64,000 bases of DNA from Actinomycetota bacterium. Lineage in GTDB: Bacteria; Actinomycetota; Actinomycetes; S36-B12; UBA5976. Under the pieces are notes generated by a model. That model had not been told where the DNA came from. It saw nothing but the letters and a program-made list of their open reading frames with translations, and did not search any database. This document shows positions 29,430 through 40,565 of the stretch, piece after piece (the first letter of the stretch is position 1; each line of letters begins with the position of its first letter). Both the position numbers and the translations under genes were made by a program. The stretch is taken from the NCBI GenBank assembly GCA_041192345.1, contig JBEEND010000002.1:29568-93567 (forward strand), in the 5' to 3' direction.

Positions 29430-30245
29430 CTAAATAGTGTTTAAACCACGCGCTAACAGCTCTAGGTTTAAACCAGCGCGCATCTCTTCTATTGGTGCTG
29501 GCAGATTTGTCATTAACGCGACTTGATGAGCGGCTTGATGCAGCAACATGCTTAGTCCAGATGTGACGCTGCCACCAGAAATTTCCCATGACGCTGCTAA
29601 CTGCGTAGGCCAGGGATGGTAAACAACATCTAGCAAAATTCCCTTGGGTTGCCATACATCCTTTGCGATTTCATCTAGTACCCCAACTGGCGTGGTGTTA
29701 ACTACGACATCACTTGTCAGCCAATCGGAGTCGCTCAGTAGCGTATGTGAAACCACAACATCGATAACCTCGCCCAATTCGATTAATTGCGCCACATCCA
29801 ACTTGTTGCGGGCTATGCATTGAACTTGGGTGATTCCAAGTTGCGCCATGGCAACTAATGCGGAGCGTGCCGTCGCACCTGATCCAAATACTGTACCCGT
29901 GTCCGCTCTGGACAAACCTTGCTCGATGAAGGAGTCCACGATGCCAGCTACGTCTGTATTGAAACCAGAAATTCCATCCGAGAATATTAAAGTGTTAATC
30001 GCTCCAGTTTGAGTTGCTACCAAATCAGCAGTTGTGGCTACTAGGAATGCAACTTCCTTAAGCGGCATAGTTAAGGAAACGCCAAGCCAGCTGTTATCGA
30101 GACTAGAGATGAAATTTGGAAAATCAGATTCATTTACTTCTATTGCACTATAAGTGTGATCTAAACCAAGACACTTGTAGGCAGTATTGTGCAAGACCGG
30201 GGAAAGCGAATGTAAAACCGGACTGCCAAGCACTGCTGCTTTCAC
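29430..30245 (-). CDS. aroE: Shikimate dehydrogenase
   Basis: KAAVLGSPVLHSLSPVLHN, NTD, GSGATARS. GTG at 30245 (1-nt overlap with the mltG stop) preferred; GTG at 30254 is possible. Confidence 0.8.
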   Translation of the reverse strand: MKAAVLGSPVLHSLSPVLHNTAYKCLGLDHTYSAIEVNESDFPNFISSLDNSWLGVSLTMPLKEVAFLVATTADLVATQTGAINTLIFSDGISGFNTDVAGIVDSFIEQGLSRADTGTVFGSGATARSALVAMAQLGITQVQCIARNKLDVAQLIELGEVIDVVVSHTLLSDSDWLTSDVVVNTTPVGVLDEIAKDVWQPKGILLDVVYHPWPTQLAASWEISGGSVTSGLSMLLHQAAHQVALMTNLPAPIEEMRAGLNLELLARGLNTI

Positions 30246-31363
30246 TAGTAACACACTCCCGCATTGGCATCACAAAAAGCTAGAAACTCATCCTTGTAAA
30301 TTAGAAACTCAGAATAAGACCTAGTGAATTTGGTTTCTTGGGTATTTAAATCAACGGTAATGAAGAAAAGCCAATCCCCTGGCTCTGGATTAAGCGCTGC
30401 TTCTATCGCAAGTGCACCTGGGCCATCAATGGGAGTTGGGGGCAACCCATCACGCAAGTACGAGTTGTACGGCGTGTCAGTGTTTAGTAACTCAGTCGTT
30501 AAAATAACGTCAGTTTTGCCGAGTCCGTAGTTAACTATGGAATCAAACTGCAAGCGCATCGGTTCAGCAAGCCGATTGTAAACAACTTGCGCAACTTTAG
30601 TGAAGTCGCGTGGATGCCCCTCAACTTCAAGCAAGGATGCAATCGTCACAATCTCATACGGAGTCCGGCCCATGGCTTTGGCCCGCGCCTCTAAATCGAT
30701 TCGAATCGCTTCTGAATTAAATTTTTCTAGCATGGCAGTAATCATCTGCGTTGCTGTAGTACCGGGCGCAAACTCATAAGTTGCTGGAAACAGAAAGCCT
30801 TCCACATTGCCATTCGCATACTCTGGAAGTCCGAGGGTGTTCGCCTTAGCAATTGCAGCTTCAAATTCTGAGGCAGGAATCCCAGTTGCCTCAACCAGCG
30901 CAGCAACAGTCCAACTCGTGCGCTTGCCCTCAGGTATTACAACCTTGGTAACGACTCGATTAGCGGGATCAAGCAGCGCCAAAATTGCATCAGAACTCTT
31001 CATTTCCTTTAGTAAGTTGTAACTACCTGGCGAGATATTTGCGCTCTCTGGAATCTTGTTGGCGGCAGAAATAAAGCCATCGACTGAGGCAACTACCCCA
31101 AGTTCTTTCAAGTCGTTTCCAATTTTGGCCAAAGTAGCACCCGGCTCAATTTGGAGTTGCACTGCTCCCGAACCCGGACCCGGAAAATCTGGCGCACTGG
31201 AGAACATTGAAATAGCGCGAGGTGCAAGTAGTCCAAGTGCCACTATTACTCCGACTAAAGCAATCAAGATACGAAATTTTGAGCTCTTCGACTTGGCTTT
31301 TGCTTTATGAGTGTCATTTGAAGGCGATGATGGCTTATCGCTGACCAGATCTAAATTACTCAC
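30245..31363 (-). CDS. mltG: Endolytic murein transglycosylase MltG (YceG-like)
   Basis: N-terminal TM. ASLLEVE and NTDTPYNSYLRDGLPPTPIDGPG motifs. Confidence 0.85.
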   Translation of the reverse strand: MSNLDLVSDKPSSPSNDTHKAKAKSKSSKFRILIALVGVIVALGLLAPRAISMFSSAPDFPGPGSGAVQLQIEPGATLAKIGNDLKELGVVASVDGFISAANKIPESANISPGSYNLLKEMKSSDAILALLDPANRVVTKVVIPEGKRTSWTVAALVEATGIPASEFEAAIAKANTLGLPEYANGNVEGFLFPATYEFAPGTTATQMITAMLEKFNSEAIRIDLEARAKAMGRTPYEIVTIASLLEVEGHPRDFTKVAQVVYNRLAEPMRLQFDSIVNYGLGKTDVILTTELLNTDTPYNSYLRDGLPPTPIDGPGALAIEAALNPEPGDWLFFITVDLNTQETKFTRSYSEFLIYKDEFLAFCDANAGVCY

Positions 31364-31835
31364 CGGTCAACACCACTTCCCTGCCCACGAATTCTCCCTG
31401 GCGCTTTTCTGACTCTATAGCGTGTTCCAATATTACGATGGCTGCGGCTTGATCAATTACTTCTCGACTGGACTTGTGTGTTTTCCCAGCCTCATGCAAA
31501 CCCCGTTGCGCACTCACTGTGCTTAGTCGTTCATCAATCATGCGAACACTGACATTACTTGTTTCAACTGATCTGGAGACCTGCGCTACTAAAGTTTGCG
31601 CAAAATCAATGGCTGCCTGCGTTGAAGCAGTTGCCTCGCCCTTAAGGCTTATCGGGTTTCCAACATAGACAACAATCGGCTTCTCATCCTTAATGATTTC
31701 CATCGCTCGAGCGATAGCGCGATCGCCAGCGGCGATTGTTTCCAGCGGTACTGCCAGCATGCCGTCGGGATCACATTTTGCTACGCCAATGCGAACTGTG
31801 CCCACATCCATAGCCAGCCGAACGCCGCGAAGCAC
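31356..31835 (-). CDS. ruvX: Holliday-junction resolvase-like nuclease RuvX/YqgF
   Basis: LAMDVGTVRIGVAKCD, DERLSTV. GTG 4 nt after the alaS stop. Confidence 0.85.
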   Translation of the reverse strand: MLRGVRLAMDVGTVRIGVAKCDPDGMLAVPLETIAAGDRAIARAMEIIKDEKPIVVYVGNPISLKGEATASTQAAIDFAQTLVAQVSRSVETSNVSVRMIDERLSTVSAQRGLHEAGKTHKSSREVIDQAAAIVILEHAIESEKRQGEFVGREVVLTGE

Positions 31836-31839
31836 AGGC

Positions 31840-34500
31840 CTAACTTTCTATGCCATCTGCTACAGCGCTTAAACTCGCGTCAAGTCCTGCTACGTTCGAT
31901 CCGCCGCCTTGTGACATTTCAGCGCTACCGCCGCCGCGTCCATCGACAGCAGGCAACATGACCTTTAGAACGCCAGCAGCTGAAACACCCGAGTCGCGCG
32001 CCGCTGAATCAGTAGTGATTACAAAAGCAACTTTGCCGTCATCAATTGTGGCGCCAATTAAAACGTAGTTGTTTAATTTAATGCCCGATTTGGCACTAGT
32101 AACTAGATCGCGGAGATCGCCAGCAGTAGTACCAGTCGGGGCTGTAAACCGGTACACATTAGTGTTTGCAACTTTTACTGGTGCACCAATTAATTCGTCA
32201 ATGTTGCTAGTCAAAGCACTTGTGCGCGCTTTTGCAATTTCTTTCTCAGCTTGCTTTAACCGATCTAGCATTTTAGAAATTCGATCTGGCAATTCATCTG
32301 GTCGAACTTTAGTAAGTTCAGCAAGTTGTCCAACTAAGTGATGTTCCCGAGCCAGATAACGATAAGCATCTGCTCCCACCAATGCTTCTACGCGTCTGAC
32401 GCCAGCGCCGATCGAACTTTCCGATAAGAAAGTAATAACGCCAAGCTGTCCTGAAGTTTGGGTGTGCGTACCACCGCAAAGCTCGCGCGCCCAGTCACCA
32501 ACGCTTACCACACGAACTTGATCGCCATACTTTTCGCCAAATAGCGCCATGGCTCCAGTTGCTCGAGCTTGCTCTTGTGTCATTAATTCTGCAGTGACTG
32601 CCATGTTGTCCAAAAGCAATTCATTTACGCGCGCCTCAACATCAGCCAAAACAGATTGCGGCACGGCTCCAGCGCTTGGAAAATCAAATCTAAATCGACC
32701 CGGCGAATTTTCCGAACCCATTTGAGTTGCTGTTTCGCCAAGTGCTTCTCTGAATGCTTTGTGCACCATGTGGGTAGCAGTATGCGCCCGAGAAATTGCT
32801 AAGCGACGCTGCACATCAACTTGCGTAAGCGCAGCAGAGCCAACAGCCACTGACCCCGCAACTACTCGTCCGCGGTGTACGTAAAGTCCAGGTACCGGGG
32901 TCTGCACATCATCAACTTCGACGATGCTGCCATCTGCGAAAGTGATCAAACCATGGTCAGCAAGCTGACCGCCACCCTCGGCGTAAAACGAAGTTCGATC
33001 AGTTAGCACTTCGACTTCATCACCTAAGGCAGCGCTCTTCACGTCAGTGCCGTCTACGACAAGCCCAGTTACCTTGCTTTCGGTTTGTGTCTCGGTGTAG
33101 CCAGTAAATTTCGTAACGCCAGACTTGCCCATAATTTCTCGGTAAACAGTTACTGGCGCAACACCACTCTTACGCGCAACTGAATCTGCTTTAGCTCGCG
33201 TTCGCTGTTCTTGCATGAGGCGCCTAAAGCCCTCTTCGTCAACAGCCAGACCTTGCTCTGCAGCCATTTCAAGTGTCAAGTCAATTGGGAAACCAAAAGT
33301 GTCATGCAGTGCAAACGCACTGTCGCCACTTAGCACCTTGGACTTGTTTGATTTCAATTCCGTAGCAGCCAGATCAAATAAGGATGTGCCTCGCTCTAGC
33401 GTAGAAAGAAATGATTCTTCTTCGGCTTTGGCAATCGAAAGTATTCGACCTTGTTCGGATAGCAACTCTGGATACTGCGGCGCCATTGCTTGGATACTGG
33501 CTAAAATCAATTCTTCAATTGACGGATCGAGTGTTCCAAGAAGACGCATGTTACGCACGACCCGGCGCAGGATTCGCCGCAGTACATATCCGCGCCCCTC
33601 ATTACCTGGTAACACACCATCGGCTATTAGGAACGCGCAAGTTCGGGCGTGATCGGCAACTACGCGAAGCGCGATGTCAGACTTTGGATTAACTCCATAC
33701 TTCTGACCGCTTAATGCACTGGCTCGATCCAAGATGATCCGAGTGGTGTCAATTTCATAAATGTTTTCAACACCTTGCAAGAGCGCTGCCATACGCTCTA
33801 ATCCCATGCCAGTATCAATGCTTTTTGATGGGAGTTCGCCCAGAATCGGGAAGTTCTCTTTGCCGCCGCCAGCTCCACGCTCAAATTGCATGAAGACCAG
33901 ATTCCAAACTTCTAAATATCTAGTTTCATCCGCAATGGGTCCGCCCTCACGACCATGTTCTGGGCCACGATCGTAATAAATTTCTGAGCATGGTCCGCAT
34001 GGTCCAGGCACACCCATCGACCAATAGTTGTCAGCCATGTCGCGGCGCTGTATGCGCTCCATCGGCACGCCAACAGTGTTGTGCCAGATGTCAACACTTT
34101 CATCATCATCTAAATAAACCGTGACCCAAAGTTTGTCTTCTGGAAATCCGTAGCCGCCAGCAGCAACAGAAGAAGTCAATAATTCCCAGGCATAAGGGAT
34201 AGCCTCTTTTTTGAAGTAGTCACCAAAGGAGAAGTTTCCACACATTTGAAAAAACGAAGCATGTCGAGTAGTTTTTCCAACTTCTTCGATGTCTAAAGTG
34301 CGAACTACTTTCTGAGCCGACACTGCGCGCGGGTAAGGAGGCGCGGCTTCACCTAGAAAGTAAGGCTTGAAGGGCACCATGCCAGCGTTAACGAAAAGTA
34401 AAGTTGGATCGTCAAGTAGCAAGCTCGCACTCGGCACCACGGTGTGGCCCTTGGACTGGAAATAGTTCAAAAAGCGTGAGCGAATTTCTGCAGACTCCAC
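31840..34500 (-). CDS. alaS: Alanine--tRNA ligase
   Basis: FLNYFQSKGH, FVNAGM, WNLVFMQF, HTATH..H editing motif, and a C-terminal DHHA1-like domain. GTG start with GGGAGGTG SD. Confidence 0.95.
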   Translation of the reverse strand: MESAEIRSRFLNYFQSKGHTVVPSASLLLDDPTLLFVNAGMVPFKPYFLGEAAPPYPRAVSAQKVVRTLDIEEVGKTTRHASFFQMCGNFSFGDYFKKEAIPYAWELLTSSVAAGGYGFPEDKLWVTVYLDDDESVDIWHNTVGVPMERIQRRDMADNYWSMGVPGPCGPCSEIYYDRGPEHGREGGPIADETRYLEVWNLVFMQFERGAGGGKENFPILGELPSKSIDTGMGLERMAALLQGVENIYEIDTTRIILDRASALSGQKYGVNPKSDIALRVVADHARTCAFLIADGVLPGNEGRGYVLRRILRRVVRNMRLLGTLDPSIEELILASIQAMAPQYPELLSEQGRILSIAKAEEESFLSTLERGTSLFDLAATELKSNKSKVLSGDSAFALHDTFGFPIDLTLEMAAEQGLAVDEEGFRRLMQEQRTRAKADSVARKSGVAPVTVYREIMGKSGVTKFTGYTETQTESKVTGLVVDGTDVKSAALGDEVEVLTDRTSFYAEGGGQLADHGLITFADGSIVEVDDVQTPVPGLYVHRGRVVAGSVAVGSAALTQVDVQRRLAISRAHTATHMVHKAFREALGETATQMGSENSPGRFRFDFPSAGAVPQSVLADVEARVNELLLDNMAVTAELMTQEQARATGAMALFGEKYGDQVRVVSVGDWARELCGGTHTQTSGQLGVITFLSESSIGAGVRRVEALVGADAYRYLAREHHLVGQLAELTKVRPDELPDRISKMLDRLKQAEKEIAKARTSALTSNIDELIGAPVKVANTNVYRFTAPTGTTAGDLRDLVTSAKSGIKLNNYVLIGATIDDGKVAFVITTDSAARDSGVSAAGVLKVMLPAVDGRGGGSAEMSQGGGSNVAGLDASLSAVADGIES

Positions 34501-34604
34501 GTTCTTGAAACACCTCCCTATTCCTGAGCTTTAGCTTGACTCTAAAAAAGAATCAAGATTTGTTACTTACTGCCTAAACCTTAACGAACATGGCACTTGT
34601 GGGC

Positions 34605-35924
34605 TTAATCCCTACCCAGTAACGAGCGAATCTTTTGCCAAACTTCCCGCAAATTACTCTCCTGCCCATGAGGCGAAGGCTGGTAATAGCGAGCGGTTTT
34701 CAGTGGCTCAGGTAAGTACTGCTGATTTGCTACTCCCTGGGCAACATCGTGGGGATAGATGTAGCCAACGCCATGTCCCATGTCCCCTGCTCGGGCGTAG
34801 TGAGAATCCCTAAGCGGCGCCAGAACTACACCAATGTCGCCTTGTCTGACATCAGCTATCGCTCGATCAATCGCTAAATAAGCAGCATTTGATTTTGGCG
34901 CTAAAGCCAGTGAAATTGTGGCCTGTGACAAAGTGATGCGAGCTTCCGGCATACCTATCAAAGCCACAGTTTGCGCAGCCGCAACCGCGATGCTCAGCAT
35001 TGAGTTATCCGCTAAACCAATGTCTTCACTGGCACTAATCATTAATCTGCGCGCGATAAAACGTGGATCTTCACCAGCTTCCAGCATGCGTGCTAAATAA
35101 TGCAACGCCGCATCAACATCAGATCCCCGGATTGACTTAATAAATGCGCTGATTATGTCGTAGTGCTGATCCCCAGCTTTGTCATACCTGACAATGTTGT
35201 GATCACTTGCTGCGCTGATGTCAGCAGCAGTTACTTGCGTTCGATCATTACTTAGCGCGACTCCAGCTGCGGCCTCTAAGACGGTCAGTGATCTGCGCGC
35301 ATCACCACCAGCAAGTCGCACGACAATATCTTGTGCCTCGCTATCAAGTGTTATTGAGTTATTTAAACCACGAGGATCTGTTACAGCGCGAGATATAACT
35401 TCTCTGATGTCGTCGTCAGCTAATTCGGTCAGTGTTACTAACAACGACCTGGACATTAAAGGTGCAATCACCGAGAAGGATGGGTTCTCTGTTGTGGCCG
35501 CCACTAATGTGACCCAGCCATTTTCCACACCAGGTAAAAGTGCATCTTGCTGAGTCTTATTAAAGCGGTGTACTTCATCAACAAATAGCACTGTTGATAC
35601 GCCGTAAATTGATTTGTTTTCCTGAGCACTGGAAATGACATCTCTAACATCTTTCACACCTGCGTTGATCGCCGACAATTCCATGAACTTTGCCGAACCA
35701 GCGCGGGCAATAAGTTGAGCCAAAGTAGTTTTGCCACTACCGGGTGGCCCCCAGAGAATTACCGAAGACTTAGCATCAGTATCTCCAGGTGCAAGCAACT
35801 TATGCAGTGGGCTGCCGGTTGCAATAGCTTTTCGTTGGCCAACAAACTCTTCTAGTGTTCTTGGTCGCATCCGAACTGCTAGTGGCGCGCTGGCGCCACT
35901 TTGATCAAATAACGAATCAGTCAT
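34605..35924 (-). CDS. rarA: Replication-associated recombination protein A (MgsA/RarA AAA+ ATPase)
   Basis: [48 protein letters not shown] at 35924 overlaps the aspS stop by 8 nt; the longer ORF-track N-terminus lies inside aspS. Confidence 0.9.
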   Translation of the reverse strand: MTDSLFDQSGASAPLAVRMRPRTLEEFVGQRKAIATGSPLHKLLAPGDTDAKSSVILWGPPGSGKTTLAQLIARAGSAKFMELSAINAGVKDVRDVISSAQENKSIYGVSTVLFVDEVHRFNKTQQDALLPGVENGWVTLVAATTENPSFSVIAPLMSRSLLVTLTELADDDIREVISRAVTDPRGLNNSITLDSEAQDIVVRLAGGDARRSLTVLEAAAGVALSNDRTQVTAADISAASDHNIVRYDKAGDQHYDIISAFIKSIRGSDVDAALHYLARMLEAGEDPRFIARRLMISASEDIGLADNSMLSIAVAAAQTVALIGMPEARITLSQATISLALAPKSNAAYLAIDRAIADVRQGDIGVVLAPLRDSHYARAGDMGHGVGYIYPHDVAQGVANQQYLPEPLKTARYYQPSPHGQESNLREVWQKIRSLLGRD

Positions 35925-37662
35925 TACTCGCGACTTCGGCATTTGGATCGGCGTCGATACCTGCCTCAAGTCGCTGTTGCGCGGTAATTGAAGTTGGCGC
36001 ACTTGTTAGTGGATCAAATCCAGCTCCAGTTTTAGGGAAGGCTATGACGTCTCGCAAACTGGTTGCTCCGGAAAGCAACATGCAAATTCGATCCCAGCCA
36101 AATGCAATTCCGCCATGTGGTGGTGGACCGAATGCGAAAGCATCCAGTAAGAAGCCAAACTTGTCTTGGGTCTCTTCCTTGCTCAAACCAAGCAAAGCGA
36201 ATACCCGTTGCTGCACGTCACTTCGGTGGATTCGGATTGACCCACCGCCAATTTCATTACCGTTGCAAACAATGTCATAAGCCCAAGCCAGAGCTTGGTC
36301 GGGTGCTTCTTCGAATCGGTCAACCCACTGCGCATTTGGCGAAGTGAACGGGTGGTGCACGGCCGTCCAACCACCGTCATCGGTTTTTTCAAACATCGGG
36401 GCATCAACAATCCATAAGAATGACCACTGATTTTCATCGATCAAGCCGCAACGTTCGCCTACTTCTTGGCGAACTGCGCCAAGAAGTTGTTGCGTGCTGG
36501 ATTTAGCTCCTGCGCCAAAAAATGCGCAATCCCCTGGCTTGGCGCCGATATGCTTCGCTAAACCATCGCGTTCGGCGTCGGTGAGATTTTTAGCCACTGG
36601 GCCGCCAAGTGTGCCATCAGTATCGAAAGTTACATAAGCCAAACCTTTAGCGCCGCGCTGCTTAGCCCACTCTTGCCAAGCATCAAATGTGCGTCGAGGT
36701 TGATCTGCGCCACCAGGCATAACCACAGCGCCCACAAATTCATTCTGGAAAACTCGGAATTCAGTATCTTTGAAATAATCAGTGCAATCTTTTAGCTCAA
36801 TATCGAATCGCAGATCTGGCTTATCGGAACCATATCTATCCATGGCCTCGAAGAAAGTCATTCGCGGGATGTCCCCTATTTCATGGCCCAAAGTTCCCTG
36901 CCACAACTTACGGACAATCGCCTCGCCCACTTCCAGAATGTCCTCTTGCTCAACGAAGCTCATTTCAATATCTAATTGAGTGAACTCGGGCTGACGATCT
37001 TTTCGGAAATCTTCATCGCGGTAGCAACGAGCAATTTGGTAGTAACGCTCCATTCCACCGACCATTAGAAGCTGCTTAAACAACTGTGGACTTTGTGGCA
37101 AGGCGTACCAGTGTCCTGGCTGCAGCCGAACTGGAACTAAAAAGTCGCGCGCACCCTCAGGAGTGCTTCGCGTTAGAGTTGGCGTTTCAATTTCAACAAA
37201 GTTGCGTTCGTGAAGTACTTCGCGCGCCATGCGGTTAACATCGCTACGCATCCGCAGAATGTTTCCAGCAGTTGGGCGTCGCAAATCTAAGTAGCGATAT
37301 TTAAGTCTTGTTTCTTCGCCAACTGTGATCGCATCATCGATTGGAAATGGTAGCGGAGCACTCTTGCTTAAAACCACGACTGAATCAGCTATGACTTCAA
37401 TATCTCCAGTTGCGATAACTGAATTGTCATTTCCTTCTGGACGAGCTTGCACAGTGCCTAAAATTTGCAAACAAAACTCGGAACGAAGTTCGCCAGCAAC
37501 AGATTCATCCCGAACAACAACTTGAACGGTGCCAGTTGAATCGCGTAAATCAAGGAAGGCAATTCCGCCATGATCACGCCTTTTACCTACCCAGCCAGCA
37601 AGTTTGACTTGCGAACCAACATCGCTTAAACGGAGCGCGCCGGCATTAGTGTTTCGCAGCAT
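35917..37662 (-). CDS. aspS: Aspartate--tRNA ligase
   Basis: [48 protein letters not shown]-type class II motifs. Confidence 0.95.
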   Translation of the reverse strand: MLRNTNAGALRLSDVGSQVKLAGWVGKRRDHGGIAFLDLRDSTGTVQVVVRDESVAGELRSEFCLQILGTVQARPEGNDNSVIATGDIEVIADSVVVLSKSAPLPFPIDDAITVGEETRLKYRYLDLRRPTAGNILRMRSDVNRMAREVLHERNFVEIETPTLTRSTPEGARDFLVPVRLQPGHWYALPQSPQLFKQLLMVGGMERYYQIARCYRDEDFRKDRQPEFTQLDIEMSFVEQEDILEVGEAIVRKLWQGTLGHEIGDIPRMTFFEAMDRYGSDKPDLRFDIELKDCTDYFKDTEFRVFQNEFVGAVVMPGGADQPRRTFDAWQEWAKQRGAKGLAYVTFDTDGTLGGPVAKNLTDAERDGLAKHIGAKPGDCAFFGAGAKSSTQQLLGAVRQEVGERCGLIDENQWSFLWIVDAPMFEKTDDGGWTAVHHPFTSPNAQWVDRFEEAPDQALAWAYDIVCNGNEIGGGSIRIHRSDVQQRVFALLGLSKEETQDKFGFLLDAFAFGPPPHGGIAFGWDRICMLLSGATSLRDVIAFPKTGAGFDPLTSAPTSITAQQRLEAGIDADPNAEVASND

Positions 37663-37680
37663 TCATGATCCTTAACTAGC

Positions 37681-38949
37681 TTAGGTTTTTAGTTGTGCTT
37701 TCAAGTTCTCTATCAAAGAGTCTACGGGGACACTTTCCTGGGTTCCTGCGACAAGGTCTTTGACAACAACAGTTCTAGCCGCCAATTCGTCCTCACCCAG
37801 AATGATTGCGAACTTCGCGCCGCTTCGATCTGCGGACTTCATGGCAGCCTTCATCGATCGCCCATCGTAGGCAATATCTGTATTAATCTCTGCCGCGCGC
37901 AAAGTGCTCGCCAATGCGACTACAGCGCGGATTGATTCTTGGTCCACTGGAACTATGAAGACTTGCGCAATGGCCTCGCTAACGAGCATTAGCCCCTCAG
38001 CTTGTACCGCTAGGCAGGTTCGATCTACGCCAAGGCCAAATCCCACGCCGCCAATGGCTGGACCGCCTAAAGTTTCAATCAACCCGTCATAACGACCGCC
38101 GCCGCCAATTGCGGATTGGGCGCCAAGGCCATCGTGGACACATTCAAATGTAGTTCGAACGTAATAATCTAGGCCGCGCACAAGTCTTGGCGCTTTCTCG
38201 TAACCCACACCCAAATCGTCTAAATAATTCAACACTTGGTCGTGATGCTCGCTACATGCCTGGCACAAATGATCTGGCATCAATGGCGCAGCAACCAATT
38301 GACTTTGCACGTTCTCGCGCTTGTCATCCAAAACACGTAATGGATTGATGGCAACTTTTGCGCGCGTCACTTCATCCAGATCGCAAGCTGTTAAGAATTT
38401 CACCAATATTTCTCGGTACTTAGGTCGACACTCGTGACACCCAAGCGAATTAACCAGGATGCGCACCTTCTTAAGCCCAAGAATGTTGCGCTGTGCATGG
38501 TGCGCCATCCAAATTACTTCCGCATCAAGTGCTGGATCTGATGATCCAATAGTTTCCACACCAACTTGCGTGTGCTGACGGTAACGTCCTGATTGCGGTT
38601 GTTCATATCGAAAGTGCGGACCGGTGTACCAAACTTTTGCAGGAAGTGGGCCGCGGTCCATTCGATTTTCTAACATGGCGCGAAGTACGCCAGCGGTACC
38701 TTCTGGCTTCAACGTAAGACTGCGACCACTTTTATCTTCGAAGGTATACATCTCTTTTGAAACAACATCGGTTGACTCCCCTACGCCGCGCACAAATAAT
38801 GCAGTGTCTTCAAAAATTGGAGTTTCAATATATCCATAACCAGAATTTCTTGGTGGCGTGGACAGTGCATCCTTAACGGCTAGCCAAAGCGCAGAAAATG
38901 GTGGCACCACATCGTAAGTGCCTTTAGGTGCCTTAAATAACTCGCTCAT
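37681..38949 (-). CDS. hisS: Histidine--tRNA ligase
   Basis: PKGTYDVVP, FRYEQPQSGRYRQHTQ, GGGRYDGL. Confidence 0.95.
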   Translation of the reverse strand: MSELFKAPKGTYDVVPPFSALWLAVKDALSTPPRNSGYGYIETPIFEDTALFVRGVGESTDVVSKEMYTFEDKSGRSLTLKPEGTAGVLRAMLENRMDRGPLPAKVWYTGPHFRYEQPQSGRYRQHTQVGVETIGSSDPALDAEVIWMAHHAQRNILGLKKVRILVNSLGCHECRPKYREILVKFLTACDLDEVTRAKVAINPLRVLDDKRENVQSQLVAAPLMPDHLCQACSEHHDQVLNYLDDLGVGYEKAPRLVRGLDYYVRTTFECVHDGLGAQSAIGGGGRYDGLIETLGGPAIGGVGFGLGVDRTCLAVQAEGLMLVSEAIAQVFIVPVDQESIRAVVALASTLRAAEINTDIAYDGRSMKAAMKSADRSGAKFAIILGEDELAARTVVVKDLVAGTQESVPVDSLIENLKAQLKT

Positions 38950-39635
38950 AATGCGCTTAAGCCGCTAGCCACTCGCAAAAGATATTCATTGCTTGCTTTC
39001 TCAGTGGCCATATCACTTGCTGGACCATGACCTGGGTAGACCAATGCAGAGTCCGGCAGATGCAAAACCACGTCGCGCAGCGATGTGTCCATGTCAGCAG
39101 GGGAACTTCCTGGTAAATCTGTTCGTCCAATTGCGCCCGCGAACAAAACGTCACCGGTAAAAATTTGTTTACGATCGCCCTCGAACTCGAACAATATGGA
39201 ACCCTGGGTGTGACCAGGTGCATGAAGCACAGTGAAAGATAAACCGGCTAGCTCCAGAGTCATTTTGTCGGTGAGTTCCCGAGTGTCGGCTGGTTCAGCG
39301 AAAACATCCTCCGAAGACATCATGTCCATTAGTGCATTCTTTGTTTCAATCGATACCCCAGCACCAGGATCGTTTAGCAAGAATCGATCGTCGCCATGGA
39401 TGAAAGCCGGTATTCCATAGCCAGTTGCAACGGGGAAAATCGACCACATGTGGTCAATGTGACCATGGGTAAGCATTGTGGCAATCGGCTTAAGGTTTTT
39501 CTCTTCGATAATCTCGCGAATCTGTGGAGCAGAGCCTAAACCTGGATCGATAATGATGCACTCAGAATTTTCCCCGGTGGCTAGCACGTAACAGTTTGTC
39601 TGCCAAGGGCCAGCGCCAAAGCTTTCGATTAACAT
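38946..39635 (-). CDS. MBL-fold metallo-hydrolase (glyoxalase II-like)
   Basis: TNCYVLA, LTHGHIDHMW (HxHxDH), HAPGHTQGS. Start at MLIESF (39635) preferred over the 17-codon extension. Confidence 0.8.
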   Translation of the reverse strand: MLIESFGAGPWQTNCYVLATGENSECIIIDPGLGSAPQIREIIEEKNLKPIATMLTHGHIDHMWSIFPVATGYGIPAFIHGDDRFLLNDPGAGVSIETKNALMDMMSSEDVFAEPADTRELTDKMTLELAGLSFTVLHAPGHTQGSILFEFEGDRKQIFTGDVLFAGAIGRTDLPGSSPADMDTSLRDVVLHLPDSALVYPGHGPASDMATEKASNEYLLRVASGLSAL

Positions 39636-39677
39636 TTTCACGCTCCTGAGCGGGGATTTACCCAAGGATACCGTGAC

Positions 39678-39705
39678 TTGTGGCAATTCCTTGGCACCGT
39701 AGAAT
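39678..39705 (+). promoter_or_regulatory. Candidate promoter (TTGTGG-16 nt-TAGAAT) giving a leaderless transcript
   Basis: The -10 TAGAAT ends 8 nt before the GTG start at 39714 and there is no SD, which fits a leaderless mRNA. Sequence match only. Confidence 0.3.
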
Positions 39706-39713
39706 TATGACTT

Positions 39714-40514
39714 GTGCCATCAAAACGTGATCGAAAATTAGCCCATGCGAAATACCTGCGCCAACAAAATCGGCGCGCGCACCGTCGAACCAGGAACCGT
39801 TTCTTGGTCGTGGCTGGAATTGGTATCGCAGTATTGCTCATCCCACTTTGGCTCAATTACCAGAGCACTCAAGATGAACAAGATCTCGCACTCCCTGCCG
39901 AGACACCAAGCGCCACCCCGAGTGTTGCGCCAATTTCAACCGCAGCGCCAATACCTGGTTGCGAACTTCCTGCCACAGTTCGCGCAAACAACATAATTTA
40001 CGGCTCGGCAGCAACAGATCTGCCGACTGCAAGTGCATTCACATTGGAAACAAACTGCGGCGCAATTGAATTTGCTACCGATCCAAAAGCCCCAACCACA
40101 GTGGGAACTATGGCATGGCTCGCTAACGAAGGATTTTTTAATAACACCGCCTGCAGCCGCCTAACCACGCAAGGAATTTTTGTGCTGCAGTGTGGTGATC
40201 CAGCCGGTGACCGAACAGGTGGACCTGGGTTTAAATTTGCTGATGAGAATCTCCCACTACCGGGCGCGGATGGCAACTACATTTACCCTCGCGGCACTGT
40301 TGCTATGGCAAATAGTGGGCCTAATACCAATGGCAGCCAATTCTTTTTGGTTTACCAAGATTCGCCTTTGCCACCTAACTACACAATCTGGGGAAGCATA
40401 ACTTCCGGGCTAGATGTCCTGGAAAACATTGCATCTGCTGGGGTTTTGGATGGTTCATCTGATGGTTCACCAACACAAGCGGTCGTAATTAGCAGGGCTT
40501 CAACTACGCCATAA
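39714..40514 (+). CDS. ppiB: Cyclophilin-type peptidyl-prolyl isomerase, membrane-anchored
   Basis: Basic N-terminus plus TM, then FVLQCGDP..GGPGFKFADEN and GTVAMANSGPNTNGSQFFLVY. Confidence 0.8.
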   Translation: MPSKRDRKLAHAKYLRQQNRRAHRRTRNRFLVVAGIGIAVLLIPLWLNYQSTQDEQDLALPAETPSATPSVAPISTAAPIPGCELPATVRANNIIYGSAATDLPTASAFTLETNCGAIEFATDPKAPTTVGTMAWLANEGFFNNTACSRLTTQGIFVLQCGDPAGDRTGGPGFKFADENLPLPGADGNYIYPRGTVAMANSGPNTNGSQFFLVYQDSPLPPNYTIWGSITSGLDVLENIASAGVLDGSSDGSPTQAVVISRASTTP

Positions 40515-40565
40515 TTGGAACTGCACACAAGAGCCCCCAGGGGACCCGATCAAGAGGACTTGGCC

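Noticed and set aside
34547-34569. A hairpin, CTTGACTC-taaaaaa-GAATCAAG, between rarA and alaS, considered as a terminator.
   Set aside because: The U/A tract is in the loop rather than after the stem, and the stem has a mismatch. This is not a convincing intrinsic terminator.
35925-36002. N-terminal extensions suggested by the ORF track for rarA. The same issue affects ruvA (49026-49100), pimA (53744-53779), the MBL hydrolase (39636-39686), ruvC (49550-49564), rbpA (15137-15166) and pgsA1 (55263-55277).
   Set aside because: The extensions overlap the upstream gene or lack an SD. Internal starts give canonical family N-termini with a good SD or ATGA/GTGA coupling.
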